Shown piece after piece: positions 63,422 through 64,000 of a DNA stretch of 64,000 bases. The number at the start of each line of letters is the position of its first letter. Within the stretch, counting starts at the first letter, position 1. A program made the position numbers and the translations under genes. Origin of the DNA: a virus (taxonomy: Duplodnaviria > Caudoviricetes); the IMG/VR virus record IMGVR_UViG_3300022719_000071, positions 224,001 through 288,000 of that record; one strand, given 5' to 3'. The notes under the pieces are model-generated. The model worked only from the letters and a program-made list of their open reading frames with translations, was not told the DNA's origin and ran no database searches.

Positions 63422-64000
63422 TACATCAAAAAGTTACTAGGAATAGGACTATCCGTGCCATACCAATAGCTGGAAACTATCCTGTGCGCAGGCCAGATGG
63501 CATCATTGAATGGGCAGAACCCAATGATGCCTGGAGCATCTACCACAACACTGGTGGGAACAGCCAAATCATTTGCAATATTAGACGGGACGATACTGAA
63601 CATTCCGCAGATCTGTTTCTGTATTCCAATCTAACTCTTTCTGACAAGAGAAAACCGAGCACCCAAAACACAGCCAAAAAAATCATTGAGGAAAATCGTC
63701 TGTCATTGGACCCGAATCGCAAGTGGTACATCAGGCAGTTCATGCAAATCGACCGCATTGCATGCCGTAGATTTACTGGCTTGCCTTTAGATTCCTTTTT
63801 CGATCTGTGGCGTGCACCAATCGATCCACAGGACATTCACATGACCATGATGGGAACTGGTCAGTTCAAGTTCTCATATCGACAGCATGAGTTCCCGGTG
63901 TACTTCGTATGGCCAGAGCTTCAGAAGGAGTATATGCTCACGCACAACACATCTCAAAGAGTGCTATCATGGATTCAACAATACTGTAAGGGAAAGCTAT
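63412..64000 (+). CDS. Hypothetical protein (tandem paralog 2), runs off the window end
   Basis: RRFTGLPLDSFFDLWRAP...WIQQYCKGKL; open frame to the end, so absent from the ORF track. Confidence 0.65.
   Translation, partial: MQVIHQKVTRNRTIRAIPIAGNYPVRRPDGIIEWAEPNDAWSIYHNTGGNSQIICNIRRDDTEHSADLFLYSNLTLSDKRKPSTQNTAKKIIEENRLSLDPNRKWYIRQFMQIDRIACRRFTGLPLDSFFDLWRAPIDPQDIHMTMMGTGQFKFSYRQHEFPVYFVWPELQKEYMLTHNTSQRVLSWIQQYCKGKL

Noticed and set aside
1-64000. Alternative genetic code (TAG or TGA recoding)
   Set aside because: All large core genes are uninterrupted in the standard code, TAG and TGA are used as real stops, and no suppressor tRNA was found. The in-frame TAGs in the 52120 repeats and the stops in DUF3307 are better explained as non-coding sequence or decay.

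Overview
A 64-kb segment of a large T4-superfamily (jumbo-type) tailed phage genome, nearly all on the + strand and read with the standard genetic code. A GapR homologue suggests an alphaproteobacterial host (inference). The core is replication: primase, DnaB-like helicase, family B polymerase, probable sliding clamp, RNase H/5'-3' exonuclease, two topoisomerase II subunits, a DNA ligase and DenV. It is interleaved with late genes preceded by TAAATA boxes, three antisense free-standing homing endonucleases and several RNA islands holding about 26 tRNA genes, tRNA remnants and long structured non-coding stretches. Most notable: (1) a tRNA-Lys(UUU) with a 41-nt insertion in the anticodon loop; (2) several promoter-driven structured RNAs I cannot assign to a family, plus a repeated TGGAAGT-loop hairpin ahead of tRNAs; (3) a Hef-like endonuclease cassette that appears to have replaced the 5' end of the topoisomerase large-subunit gene, leaving the old frameshifted 5' end upstream; (4) late proteins with N-terminal (I/L)-x-E motifs, probably packaged in the head, including a NUDIX hydrolase and an amidoligase; (5) translation-rescue-like genes (ArfA-like peptide, minimal GGQ release factor, peptide deformylase); (6) an apparently catalytically dead ligase alongside an intact one. 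All assignments come from motif recognition by eye; no searches or folding programs were run.
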